A stretch of DNA of 50,307 nucleotides from a virus (taxonomy: Duplodnaviria > Caudoviricetes): positions 1-50,307 of the IMG/VR virus record IMGVR_UViG_3300020379_000976. One strand, 5' to 3'. Of the stretch, positions 29,073 through 38,840 are shown in pieces. The translations under genes and the position numbers were made by a program. Each line of letters begins with the position of its first letter. The first letter of the stretch is position 1. The notes below the pieces were generated by a model. That model had not been told where the DNA came from. It worked only from the letters and a program-made list of their open reading frames with translations, and did no database searches.

Positions 29073-32000
29073 ATGGATAAATTAACTGCTATTGTACAGG
29101 ATATGCTTAATCAAGGCTATTCTAAAGAAGCTATTGAAACTACCATTTCTGTATATAAAAATCAAAATCCAGATTATAAAACTACCGCCCCTCCTGTAGG
29201 ACAGATTGAACAACCTAATTTTGATGAAATAATACCTGAAGATCAAAATTGGTTTGAAAGAAATATTGGAGATAATATACCCGGTATTGAGTTTATGAGT
29301 GATTTATATAGAGATATACAAAGAGGTATTGCTATAGGCCAAACCACAGATGAAAAAGGTAGGTTATTTACAGGGGATAGTTCAGATGAGGCAATTCAAG
29401 ATTATATTGAAACTACTAAAGAAGTTGGTAAGTTAAAGCAATCTGAAGAAATGCAACAATATAATAAATTTTTGCAAGAATATAAAGATCAAGGTGATTC
29501 CGATGCACTAGCTTGGTTTAAAGCACAAGCTAAATCAGCTTTAAAAGGTGATGGCGTTTTAATGGGTATGTTTGCAGAATCATTAGCCTCTCAGGCTTCT
29601 ACAATATTTGCATCACCCGGGCAAGCCGCGATAGTGGGAGCGGGAGCTGTTGCTGGCGCAAAAACCGGTGGAGCTATAGGTGCGGCAGCTAGTAGTTGGA
29701 CAGGGCCTTTAGCGGGTGTTTTTTCTGCTTTTAGTGCCGCCGGTGGTGCTGTGGCAGGTGCAAGGTCTGCTTCTATGGGTATTTTAGAAACTACCACAAC
29801 TTTTCATGATGAATTAGCAAAAAGAATTAGAGAAAATGGAGGTGATCCTTTAAATGCAGCAGATATTAGAGCTGTGCTTGAAGATGAAGAGGCAATGTCA
29901 GAGATGAGAAGAAATGCTTTAGCAAGAGGATTTACTATTAGTGCTTTTGAGGGAGCAGCTGGATTAGTTGGAGCAGGTGTTGCTGCTAAAACAGTAGTTT
30001 CAAAAGCAGGTAAATTTGTAAGAGCCACCAAAGTAGCTGGAGTTGAAGCTGTAGGCGGTGGTACTGGTGAATTTGCGGGTCAATTAGCAGCTGGTCAAGA
30101 TATAAATGTAGAAGAAATACTAACTGAAGCATTTACAGGCACAGGTATGGCTGCAACAAGTATTGCGGCGGGACAATTTAATAGAAAAGGTATTGCAGAA
30201 TATAATTTAAATGGTGAAAAAGATGCAAAGCTTAGAGGTGAAATTGAAGATCTTGTAGAAAATGGCACGGATGAACAGTTTGTAAATAGTAAAGTAAAAG
30301 TTGAAAACGATAAAACTCTTCAAGATAAAATAAATAAAAGAAGAAAAAAGATTGTTAAAGAAAACAAACAAGCAGTAAAAGATAAAATTAAACCTAAAGT
30401 TGTTGAAGAAGTTGAAAAAAGAATTGATGCAAAAATTTTAAAACTACAACAACAAATAAAACAAGTTGAAAAAGAAGATGGGCCAGTTGCTGCAGCTGCT
30501 TTTAAAAAACAACTAGAAATAGAAAAAAAGAAGAAAGAAGATATTAATAAAATCATGTTTGAGCAGCTAGATCAATTAAGTGAAGAAGAAACACTTAATT
30601 TAATGAACATGGATGACGAAGTATCTATTTATCAGTCTATATTAAATGATCCTAATTCTACTGAGTTAGCAAAACAATCTGCAAAAGAACAATTAGCTTT
30701 ATTAAAAGCAGCACAATTAGAAGTAGTAAATAATCCTGATTCTGTTGATATGGCTAAAGAAGATGGACCGGTAAGTAAAAAGAATAAAGACTTATCTGAT
30801 AAAACTCAAAAGGCTTACGAAAGAAAAGGGAAAGATGCATGGGCTGAAGTTTCAGAATATCAAGCAGGTATTATAAATACTATAGCACATTCTATGTGGT
30901 CTAAAATACCAAAAGAAAAAAGAGTAGGTACTATAGAAGATTTCATATCCGGCCTCAAAAATGATAAAGAAGGGATAAGAGGATTACTTAAAACGTATAA
31001 ACCTGAAAAAGGTGTGCCTTTAGCCGCTTATATTCAAAATCCTGTATCTGGAATAAGGGTAAGAGCTAATAGAATAATAAAAAACTATGTAAAGCAAGAT
31101 ATAGAAGCAGATGTAACTAGTCAGCAGTTTAAAGATTATTATACCACAGAAGAAGCTATAAGTTTAGATAGAAGATATTTACATGAGAAGCTTAAGCTAA
31201 ATCCTATATTATCAGATTTAGAAAGCACAACAGAGGTAGCATATCAAAAAGCTAGAAACGTATTAGAAACAATAGGCAATGTTACGCAGAAAAAACAAAG
31301 AAAAGCTTTAGTAAAAGCATTTGATGAAATATTTAAAGGTAAATACGATAAAAAAATAAAAGAATTTACAGGCAAAAATACTAAAACTGAAAAAACATTT
31401 AGTGAATTTTTAAAAAAGAATTTGCCTGCATTAAAATTAGCGGTGGTTGCAAATATTAATTCTCAAATGTCTAATGATAAAATTATGAGTACGTGGACAA
31501 AGGTTCCTCCTACTGATCAAGATTTTTTAGATTATTATGAAGGTAAAGATATTAGCCCTGACCAACCTGCTAGCGTTAAAAGTGATAGAAAAACAAAATT
31601 AGTAGAAGCTATTAGAAGACAACTAGGTATAGACGCCCGCGCTTCGTTTAGAGAACAATTTGCTGAAGATCTACCTCAATTCCAACAAATTGATGAAGTT
31701 GAAGTATTTAATTCTAAAGATTTTTTAAGTAAACTGAATTTTATTTTTACAGAACCCAGCGAGGTTATTGGTAAAGAAGCTAAAGATGTAGAAGATGCTG
31801 AGGTAGAAAACAATATTAACAAAGTTATAGAAAATCAAATTGTTCCAAATTTAAATAAAAACTTTGATAACGAAAATACTAAAAAGTTAGATCCTAATAA
31901 TGAAAATGATTTGCCAGAAATTTATGAAGAATGGCAAAGCTATATTACTAAAGGTTATGTATCTCCTGCTGTATTACAAAAAATGGGACAGTTTGGGGCT

Positions 32001-35000
32001 AAGGTTGCTTATAAAGATGTAAATGGTAAATTTCATCCTACTAAAAAAGCTGCTAAATTAGGCAATGATAAAGCTAAGCCTGAAAAGTATTATGAAATGA
32101 AAGAAGCTGTTGAGGGAAGTGAAGAGTCTAATGGAAAACAATATTTACCGTTTGGTATTGACACTAAAAACCCTGAGCTTGAAGGAAAATTTAAACCCGC
32201 AAGAGGCGGTTTATATTATGGCACTGTAGATCCTTTATATAAAAACCATTTAAAATTAGCTCAAGAAAATTATCCCAAACAAAAAATTTCTAAAAAAGGA
32301 AAATTAAATTTATTTGGTAAAATAAATAATGTAATATCAAATAATTTAGTAAATTATCCTATATTAAAAAAATTAGTAGACGGCTATGCTTCAAGTGTAC
32401 AAAACAATCAAGAGATTGTTATGCAAATGGCTGAAGATATGGCGGATGCTACCCAAAAAGGAGAAGCAAATCCGTGGGTTATGTCATTAGGATTAAAAAC
32501 TGCATATAAAGGCACTGATGGATTATTAAAAACTTCATATGAATTTAAAGGATATGAGCAAGGTACTTTAGAATTTGGAGATGGTAAATTTGCAGAAAAT
32601 TATAAAGGTAACTCTAAGCGTAGGGTAAGAGAAGAACACTCCCCACCTGTTAGTTCATTTGCAGCTAAACTTTTATTAGCTACATCTATGGTAAAATCTG
32701 AAAACATGCGTCCCCTCATTCAAAAAATGTATAGGGATGCAGGGCAATATTTAATTTCATTTAAGCATGACCAAGATTTAGAAACCGCTAAGTTAGGTGC
32801 TAGTATTGTAGAGGGAGATGTAATTGGGCAAAACTCAGGACTGCATAGAATTTTACAAGTTATTCCTGCAAATAAATTAGTTTTAATTAAAGATAATATT
32901 ACTGTAGAAGAATTAAATGATAAAATTAAAGATGCAATTCAAACAAAAAAGACTGCAGAAAGAATATTACAAGGCGTAACACAGCAATTTGAACAAGATA
33001 ATCAACAAGATATTCCTTTATCAGATAACGAAAGAATAGAAGCATTTACTGATATACTTAGTTTAGCCTATCCTGATAAAATTATAATGACTAACAAGGA
33101 AGATGTTATTAAATATCTAACCGCTAATTTTCCTGATCAATACCCTAGTAAAGAAGCAGCAAGAAAAGCTGTAGAAAATGCAAGAGGATTTAGAGATAAT
33201 ACTGTTATATTTCTTAATCCTGAAAAAGCTACTTTAGAAACAGTAATGCATGAATTTACACATGAATGGGCATATATAGTTAAAGATAGAGATCCTGAGT
33301 TATTCAATGCTATATATGAAAAAATACAAGGGCACCCTAGATTTAAAGAAGCTGTTGAAAGGATGAAACAGCCTGGTGTTGGAAATTATAATAAACTAAG
33401 CCCTAGTTCATTTGAATATAAAAATGAAGTAATAGCTTATATATTAGGAAAAGAAGGCTCATCTCTTTATGAATTATTTGAAGGTGATGCTGAAGCTAAA
33501 TCTTTAATAGATAAGTTCTTTGATTATGTAAGAGAAGCCTTAGGCTTTGATCCTACAGTTAAAAACTTTTCAGATTTAACAGTTGAAGAAGTAATTAAAT
33601 TAACCGTTAAAGATATTGTAGAGGGTAATCCTGCTGCTAATTTTGATAAATTAAAAAATAAATCTGAGGGTAAAAGTTGGTTTGCTAAAACAGAAGCAAA
33701 TCAAAGTCCTAGTCAAAAAGCTAAATTAGATCCTATATTAAGAGCTTTTAATAAAATTAAATTATCATATAGAGAGAATAAAGATTTAGCACAAGCTATT
33801 GTTGACGCTTATCCAGAAGTAGAAAGTAGCATGGAGTTTGGTGATTTTGTTAAATTAGTATTACAAAATACTAAAGAAACTGAAATAGGTAAATCTAAAA
33901 CTCTTCTTATAGCAAAAAATGATGTATTAAAAGCAAATAAAATAGCCGAAGAAAGTACTAAAAAGTTAGAACAAGATAAAATTAAAGAAGAAGATAAATC
34001 TACTCTTCAAAATAAATTTAGGAGAATGATTTATAAAGCTGCGGCAGAAGGTGCAAAAGTATCTAGATGGTTTATACCACCAAGTGCTGAAGACTTTAAA
34101 GGTTTGCTATACACATTTTTACCAAAAGGTAAAGCTGGTATTGAAGCCCGTAAATTTTTAGAAGAACATTTATTAAAACCTTATTCTGATGGTATTGCTG
34201 CCCTTGATACTGAAATATTAAATAAAAGTAAAGCTTGGGAAAAAATGTCTAAAGGATATAATCTTAATGAAAAAGTTGAGGGTACTCCATATACAATAGG
34301 CGATGCTATAAAAATTTATAATGCTATTAAGAGGGGTGATGATGTTACTATTGCAAAACAGAAGCACATGGATGCTTTAATCCATAAAGTTGAAAGTGAC
34401 CAAAATCTTTTAGACTTAGCAGAAGCTATTGAAGAAAGTTTTCCTATTGATGTAAAAGATGGGTGGCAAAATAAGACTTTAGCTAAAGAAGTATTTGATG
34501 CTATTAATAATGGTGCTAGAGAAAGAGCTTTAAAAACTTTTTCTGAAAATGTAGATGCAATATTTAACGATACAACCATGGATCTTATTGGTGATCAGTT
34601 TGGAAACAACTTTAAACAAGCGTTAAAAAACACTCTTAGAAGAATGAAATCTGGTCGTAATAGGGTAAGTACAGACGCACAGTCTAATGTGTGGTTAAAC
34701 TGGATTAATAGAGCTGTGGGGACGACTATGTTCTTCAACAGTAGATCAGCTTTGCTGCAAACTATATCATCACTAAATTTTATAGGATTAAAAGATAATA
34801 ATATATTTAAAGCGGCTGCCGCGTATGCAAATACAAAACAGTTTAATGAAGACTATAAAAAATTATGGAATAGCGATTATTTAAGAAACAGAAGAGACGG
34901 TGCAAAGTTTGATGTATTAGCAGATGAAATTGCAGAAGGAGATCCAAAAGGATTAAATAAATTATTAAAAAATGGTTTTTTACCAACTAGATATGCAGAT

Positions 35001-36260
35001 AGCTTTGCTATTGCATTAGGGGGCGCTGCATTTTATAGAAATAGAGTTAATGCTTTAGTTAAAGGAGGTATGGATGTAAAACAAGCAGAAGAGCAAGCTA
35101 TGAATGATTGGCGGAGAGAAGCTGAAAATTCACAGCAATCTGCAGATCCTTCTAAAATATCTGAGATACAAGCATCATCACTTGGTAGAATTGTATATGC
35201 TTTTGCTAATACACCTTTTCAGTATGCTAGAATTGTTAAAAGAAGATTGCAAGATATAACATCTGGTAGATCTGCTGCTGAGGGTAGAGTACAAAGTGAT
35301 CTTGGTACTATATTATATTATGGGGCTGTACAAGCTGTAATGTTTAACGCATTGCAATCAGGATTAGCTGCACTTGCTTTTGGAGATGACGATGATGAGG
35401 AAATTAAAAAACTAAAAGATAAAAAATATTTAATGTCTATAGAAAGAGGTTTAACTTCTTTTGCTAAATCTTTAGGTAATCCAGGGGCTATTTCTGCTAC
35501 ACTTTATTCTTTATTAAAAGAAGGTTATTTACAACAGACAGGCCAAAAAAGACCTGATCCAAATGTATTTGCAATAACAGCTACAAGTATATCACCACCT
35601 ATAAATTCTAAACTTAGAGACTTATCATCTGCTTATAGATCGTTTAATAAAATAGAAGAAGAAGATTTATTAACGCCATCTTTAGATAGTGAAGCATTAA
35701 CTATGTCTGGTGAAGTTGCATCTTTTGCAGGTGTTCCATTAGATAGAGTTATACGTAAAGCTAGACACTTAGCTGCTATTAAAAATGAAGAGTTAGAACT
35801 GTGGCAAAAAATATGGTTAGTTTTAGGATGGAATGAATGGGATTTAGGTGTTGATACAAAAGCTAATAAAGATTTACTTAATTTTGATAATGTAAAATTT
35901 AAAGATGTAGATTTTGATGATGTTAGTTTTGAAGATAGTGATTCATCATTTAAAAAATTAAAACCTGGTGTTGCAGGTGTTGCAAATAACGATGGTACTA
36001 TTGAGCTAGCACCTGACTTATCACCTGAAGAAAAAAAGAAAACTATTAAACACGAGAAGCAACATTTACTTGATATGAAAAATAAGAAAATAAAGTTAAA
36101 CTATGATGATAACTTTGTTTATTATAAAAATAATAAGTATAAAAGAGCAAATGGTAATATAGAATATAACGGGAAGTCTTATATAGAGGGGCACCCAGAT
36201 TTGCCTTGGGAAAAGAGGGCATATAAAGCAGAGAAAACTAAAAAGTTTTTGTATGCATAA
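29073..36260 (+). CDS. Giant polyvalent internal virion/ejection protein (2395 aa)
   Basis: A/G-rich hydrophobic helices near the N-terminus, coiled coils, HEFTH zincin-like motif, C-terminal HEKQH...PWE domain. Confidence 0.7.
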   Translation: MDKLTAIVQDMLNQGYSKEAIETTISVYKNQNPDYKTTAPPVGQIEQPNFDEIIPEDQNWFERNIGDNIPGIEFMSDLYRDIQRGIAIGQTTDEKGRLFTGDSSDEAIQDYIETTKEVGKLKQSEEMQQYNKFLQEYKDQGDSDALAWFKAQAKSALKGDGVLMGMFAESLASQASTIFASPGQAAIVGAGAVAGAKTGGAIGAAASSWTGPLAGVFSAFSAAGGAVAGARSASMGILETTTTFHDELAKRIRENGGDPLNAADIRAVLEDEEAMSEMRRNALARGFTISAFEGAAGLVGAGVAAKTVVSKAGKFVRATKVAGVEAVGGGTGEFAGQLAAGQDINVEEILTEAFTGTGMAATSIAAGQFNRKGIAEYNLNGEKDAKLRGEIEDLVENGTDEQFVNSKVKVENDKTLQDKINKRRKKIVKENKQAVKDKIKPKVVEEVEKRIDAKILKLQQQIKQVEKEDGPVAAAAFKKQLEIEKKKKEDINKIMFEQLDQLSEEETLNLMNMDDEVSIYQSILNDPNSTELAKQSAKEQLALLKAAQLEVVNNPDSVDMAKEDGPVSKKNKDLSDKTQKAYERKGKDAWAEVSEYQAGIINTIAHSMWSKIPKEKRVGTIEDFISGLKNDKEGIRGLLKTYKPEKGVPLAAYIQNPVSGIRVRANRIIKNYVKQDIEADVTSQQFKDYYTTEEAISLDRRYLHEKLKLNPILSDLESTTEVAYQKARNVLETIGNVTQKKQRKALVKAFDEIFKGKYDKKIKEFTGKNTKTEKTFSEFLKKNLPALKLAVVANINSQMSNDKIMSTWTKVPPTDQDFLDYYEGKDISPDQPASVKSDRKTKLVEAIRRQLGIDARASFREQFAEDLPQFQQIDEVEVFNSKDFLSKLNFIFTEPSEVIGKEAKDVEDAEVENNINKVIENQIVPNLNKNFDNENTKKLDPNNENDLPEIYEEWQSYITKGYVSPAVLQKMGQFGAKVAYKDVNGKFHPTKKAAKLGNDKAKPEKYYEMKEAVEGSEESNGKQYLPFGIDTKNPELEGKFKPARGGLYYGTVDPLYKNHLKLAQENYPKQKISKKGKLNLFGKINNVISNNLVNYPILKKLVDGYASSVQNNQEIVMQMAEDMADATQKGEANPWVMSLGLKTAYKGTDGLLKTSYEFKGYEQGTLEFGDGKFAENYKGNSKRRVREEHSPPVSSFAAKLLLATSMVKSENMRPLIQKMYRDAGQYLISFKHDQDLETAKLGASIVEGDVIGQNSGLHRILQVIPANKLVLIKDNITVEELNDKIKDAIQTKKTAERILQGVTQQFEQDNQQDIPLSDNERIEAFTDILSLAYPDKIIMTNKEDVIKYLTANFPDQYPSKEAARKAVENARGFRDNTVIFLNPEKATLETVMHEFTHEWAYIVKDRDPELFNAIYEKIQGHPRFKEAVERMKQPGVGNYNKLSPSSFEYKNEVIAYILGKEGSSLYELFEGDAEAKSLIDKFFDYVREALGFDPTVKNFSDLTVEEVIKLTVKDIVEGNPAANFDKLKNKSEGKSWFAKTEANQSPSQKAKLDPILRAFNKIKLSYRENKDLAQAIVDAYPEVESSMEFGDFVKLVLQNTKETEIGKSKTLLIAKNDVLKANKIAEESTKKLEQDKIKEEDKSTLQNKFRRMIYKAAAEGAKVSRWFIPPSAEDFKGLLYTFLPKGKAGIEARKFLEEHLLKPYSDGIAALDTEILNKSKAWEKMSKGYNLNEKVEGTPYTIGDAIKIYNAIKRGDDVTIAKQKHMDALIHKVESDQNLLDLAEAIEESFPIDVKDGWQNKTLAKEVFDAINNGARERALKTFSENVDAIFNDTTMDLIGDQFGNNFKQALKNTLRRMKSGRNRVSTDAQSNVWLNWINRAVGTTMFFNSRSALLQTISSLNFIGLKDNNIFKAAAAYANTKQFNEDYKKLWNSDYLRNRRDGAKFDVLADEIAEGDPKGLNKLLKNGFLPTRYADSFAIALGGAAFYRNRVNALVKGGMDVKQAEEQAMNDWRREAENSQQSADPSKISEIQASSLGRIVYAFANTPFQYARIVKRRLQDITSGRSAAEGRVQSDLGTILYYGAVQAVMFNALQSGLAALAFGDDDDEEIKKLKDKKYLMSIERGLTSFAKSLGNPGAISATLYSLLKEGYLQQTGQKRPDPNVFAITATSISPPINSKLRDLSSAYRSFNKIEEEDLLTPSLDSEALTMSGEVASFAGVPLDRVIRKARHLAAIKNEELELWQKIWLVLGWNEWDLGVDTKANKDLLNFDNVKFKDVDFDDVSFEDSDSSFKKLKPGVAGVANNDGTIELAPDLSPEEKKKTIKHEKQHLLDMKNKKIKLNYDDNFVYYKNNKYKRANGNIEYNGKSYIEGHPDLPWEKRAYKAEKTKKFLYA

Positions 36261-36301
36261 AAAAAAGGGATGTTACAATTAAGTAGCATCCCTTTATTAT
36301 T
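36261..36301. terminator. Bidirectional intrinsic terminator
   Basis: A-run, gggatgttac-aattaa-gtagcatccc, then T-rich tract, between convergent modules. Confidence 0.85.
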
Positions 36302-36493
36302 TTAGAAGAATAATATTCCAACAACTAAACCAAATACTGGACCTAGTAATGCCCATACTTTATATAGTTTTATAATATTATTTTCTTTAGAAGAATAAAT
36401 ATTATCTTCTGTATTTAAATTTAAAGACTCTATTTTATCTTCTAAGTCTTTTATTTTTGCTTTTGCATCAGCAAAGGTAAATCTTTTAGCCAT
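36302..36493 (-). CDS. Small coiled-coil protein with C-terminal TM anchor
   Basis: Likely start MAKRFT at 36493; ends WALLGPVFGLVVGILFF. Confidence 0.65.
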   Translation of the reverse strand: MAKRFTFADAKAKIKDLEDKIESLNLNTEDNIYSSKENNIIKLYKVWALLGPVFGLVVGILFF

Positions 36494-36507
36494 AAAATTA
36501 ATTTTAA

Positions 36508-38250
36508 TTATCCATCGCAGCTTAAACAATTAGGATCCATAGCTGCTGCTGCTATATCTCCTCTCAATACAGACTCTGTCCTCATATAATATAAGGTCTT
36601 TATTCCATGTTTCCATGCGTCCATATGTACCGTATTAATCCACCTAGGTGTAGCTTCAGAAGGAAAAGCTAGATTAAGTGATACTGATTGATCAATATAA
36701 TCTTGTCTTATACCTGCTTGCCTAACTAATTCTAGTTGGTTTATTTCTTTAAATGTTTTAAATACGTTTTTGACTGGTTCTCCGTCTTCTTTATTAAGTC
36801 TTCCTCTTTCGTCATAATACCATTCGTTAAGTGCATCGAGTGTTTGAACAGATCCACCATCGGCAAGTATCTTATCCCATGTATCTTTGTTATCAATCCC
36901 AAGTTTCTTAAATATTTTTTTAAGTTCGTTATTTTTTCTAATAAATGTTCCTTTAGCAGATTGCTCTGTAAATATATTAGCAGCCCAAGGTTCAATACCG
37001 GCTGAAACATTACCTGATAGTTTTGAATTACTAACAGTTGGTGCAATAGATCTTAAATGTGTATTTCTAAATCCTGTACCAACACACCATAGTGGTTCTC
37101 CATATATTTCAGCAAGAGCTCTTGAAGCGCGTTCGGTTTCAATTTTAATTTTTGAAAATATCTCACGTGTTTTAAATTGTGCTAATAAACTTTCAAAAGC
37201 TATTCCTTTCTTTTGTAATAGACTGTGCCATCCTAAAACTCCTAATCCTAAAGCTCTACCCTTCTCTGCACTACGCACTGCATTTTCAAAGCCTTTCATA
37301 TTTTTTGCTCTTTGAATAAACTCTTCTAATACTCCATCAAGAAACCACGTTGCGTCATATACTAAGTTAGTATTTTTCCATTCATCATACTTATCTAAAT
37401 TAACTGAAGATAAACAACAAACAAAACTATGTGACTCATCTGTATGTAATACTATTTCACTACAAATGTTAGTCATATGAACTTTTAAACTGTTTTTCTT
37501 ATATGCTGTTGGATTAGCTTTGTTTGTATTTCCTTTAAATAAGATATATGGTTCTCCAGTTGCTTTACGCTTTTGTATAAGCTTTGACCACCTAAGTCTT
37601 GCTTCTTCATCTCCAAGTTCAAGCTTTCGCATAAACTTATCGCCAACGACAGCACACTGCTGCAGGTTAAGAGATTGTCTATTGACATCACCTTTAGGTT
37701 CTCTAATTTCCAACCATTCGAGGAAATCATCGTGTTCAATATTGATATTAACGCTTGCAGCTCCTCTTCTAACGGAACCCTGATTGGTCGCGAGTATAGT
37801 TGAGTCGTATATTTTGCAAAAAGGGACAACCCCATCTGAAGTTCCATTACCTGTAATTTTAGCGCCAGCGGGACGAATCATATTAACTCCGATACCCACA
37901 CCCCCGCCGTGTTTTGCAAGTAACATCATTTCTAAATTTTTATTACCTATATCTTGTATACTATCTGCTACATCAATTCCAAAACAGCTTATAGGTAAAC
38001 CTCTATCTGAACCTGTGTTAGATAATACGGGTGATGCTAAACATAGCCATCCTTTCCATATATAATCAAAAAATCTATCTGCAAGTTCTGGCTTATATAA
38101 ACGTTTAGCTACAGTTTTAGCAACACGCATATATGCATCACGAGGTGACTCACCATTAATTAAATATCCACCTGATATTGTTTTCTTATATATATCTGTA
38201 TCACCCCACGCAGGGTAATCTTTATTTTTTTTCCAATTGTTATTCCACAT
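36508..38250 (-). CDS. nrdA: Ribonucleotide reductase class Ia alpha subunit (no evident ATP cone)
   Basis: ISCF, GGGVG, NICSEI, GLGVLG, APTVSNS, KTLYY and C-terminal CLSC motifs. Confidence 0.95.
   Translation of the reverse strand: MWNNNWKKNKDYPAWGDTDIYKKTISGGYLINGESPRDAYMRVAKTVAKRLYKPELADRFFDYIWKGWLCLASPVLSNTGSDRGLPISCFGIDVADSIQDIGNKNLEMMLLAKHGGGVGIGVNMIRPAGAKITGNGTSDGVVPFCKIYDSTILATNQGSVRRGAASVNINIEHDDFLEWLEIREPKGDVNRQSLNLQQCAVVGDKFMRKLELGDEEARLRWSKLIQKRKATGEPYILFKGNTNKANPTAYKKNSLKVHMTNICSEIVLHTDESHSFVCCLSSVNLDKYDEWKNTNLVYDATWFLDGVLEEFIQRAKNMKGFENAVRSAEKGRALGLGVLGWHSLLQKKGIAFESLLAQFKTREIFSKIKIETERASRALAEIYGEPLWCVGTGFRNTHLRSIAPTVSNSKLSGNVSAGIEPWAANIFTEQSAKGTFIRKNNELKKIFKKLGIDNKDTWDKILADGGSVQTLDALNEWYYDERGRLNKEDGEPVKNVFKTFKEINQLELVRQAGIRQDYIDQSVSLNLAFPSEATPRWINTVHMDAWKHGIKTLYYMRTESVLRGDIAAAAMDPNCLSCDG
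37485..37847 (-). CDS. Nested +1-frame ORF in nrdA (120 aa, helical)
   Basis: Stop-free frame overlapping a GC-raised nrdA segment; amphipathic pattern. Confidence 0.45.
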   Translation of the reverse strand: MELQMGLSLFAKYTTQLYSRPIRVPLEEELQALISILNTMISSNGWKLENLKVMSIDNLLTCSSVLSLAISLCESLNLEMKKQDLGGQSLYKSVKQLENHISYLKEIQTKLIQQHIRKTV

Positions 38251-38596
38251 TTAAATAATATATTAAATATCCTATAGATACATTTAAATTAACTAATACT
38301 AAATTCCATTGTTTTGCAACCCATACTTGAGGTATAGATAATATTCCTCCTATAATATAAGTTATAACACCTACACTTTCATATGATAACAAATATGGTG
38401 ACATCATAATAAATGCTGTACCCATATATCCTAATCTATTTGCAATTCTTTCTTTTGCTGTAAGTCTTCTGTCTTGTACTAATAAACGTATAAAAGATCT
38501 TTTCCATCTAAACTCACATCTTATACATGTTTTTTTACCTATATGTTTAAATTTATGATCTTTCTTCTTTTTCTTACAAACATTACAAACTCTCAT
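38240..38596 (-). CDS. CxxC-CxxC Zn-ribbon fused to a small 3-TM membrane domain
   Basis: CNVC...CIRC, then LGYMGTAFIMMSPYL...ILSIPQVW..KQWNLVLVNL. Confidence 0.65.
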   Translation of the reverse strand: MRVCNVCKKKKKDHKFKHIGKKTCIRCEFRWKRSFIRLLVQDRRLTAKERIANRLGYMGTAFIMMSPYLLSYESVGVITYIIGGILSIPQVWVAKQWNLVLVNLNVSIGYLIYYLNVE

Positions 38597-38838
38597 CTAT
38601 TGCATCTGTTAGTACGCCTATATATTATAGTTGTACTATTACTTGGATAAGTATATAATAAATTATAATTATAATTATATATAGGTTCTGTAACTATAAT
38701 AACTTCTCTTTGATAATCATTTAAATTATTTTGATAGTATAAATTATCAAACATATAATTATTATTATAATCCCATTGTGTAAATTGTGCATTGCTATAA
38801 AAACTTATAGCTAAAAATAATATTAAAATTTTTTTCAT
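38593..38838 (-). CDS. Small secreted Y/N-rich protein
   Basis: Start MKKILILFLAISFYSNA|Q at 38838: Sec signal peptide followed by Gln, typical of Bacteroidetes. Confidence 0.7.
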   Translation of the reverse strand: MKKILILFLAISFYSNAQFTQWDYNNNYMFDNLYYQNNLNDYQREVIIVTEPIYNYNYNLLYTYPSNSTTIIYRRTNRCNR

Positions 38839-38840
38839 AA

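Noticed and set aside
29600-29770. GC-rich patch in the giant protein
   Set aside because: Largely explained by Ala/Gly-rich amino-acid composition.
20636-34579. Antisense ORFs within structural genes (20636, 20682, 21890, 22352, 23891, 24398, 29591, 29804, 30320, 34316)
   Set aside because: Antisense frames of long genes are often open by chance; no motifs or expression context.
36736-38065. Plus-strand ORFs antisense to nrdA
   Set aside because: Antisense shadows downstream of the bidirectional terminator.
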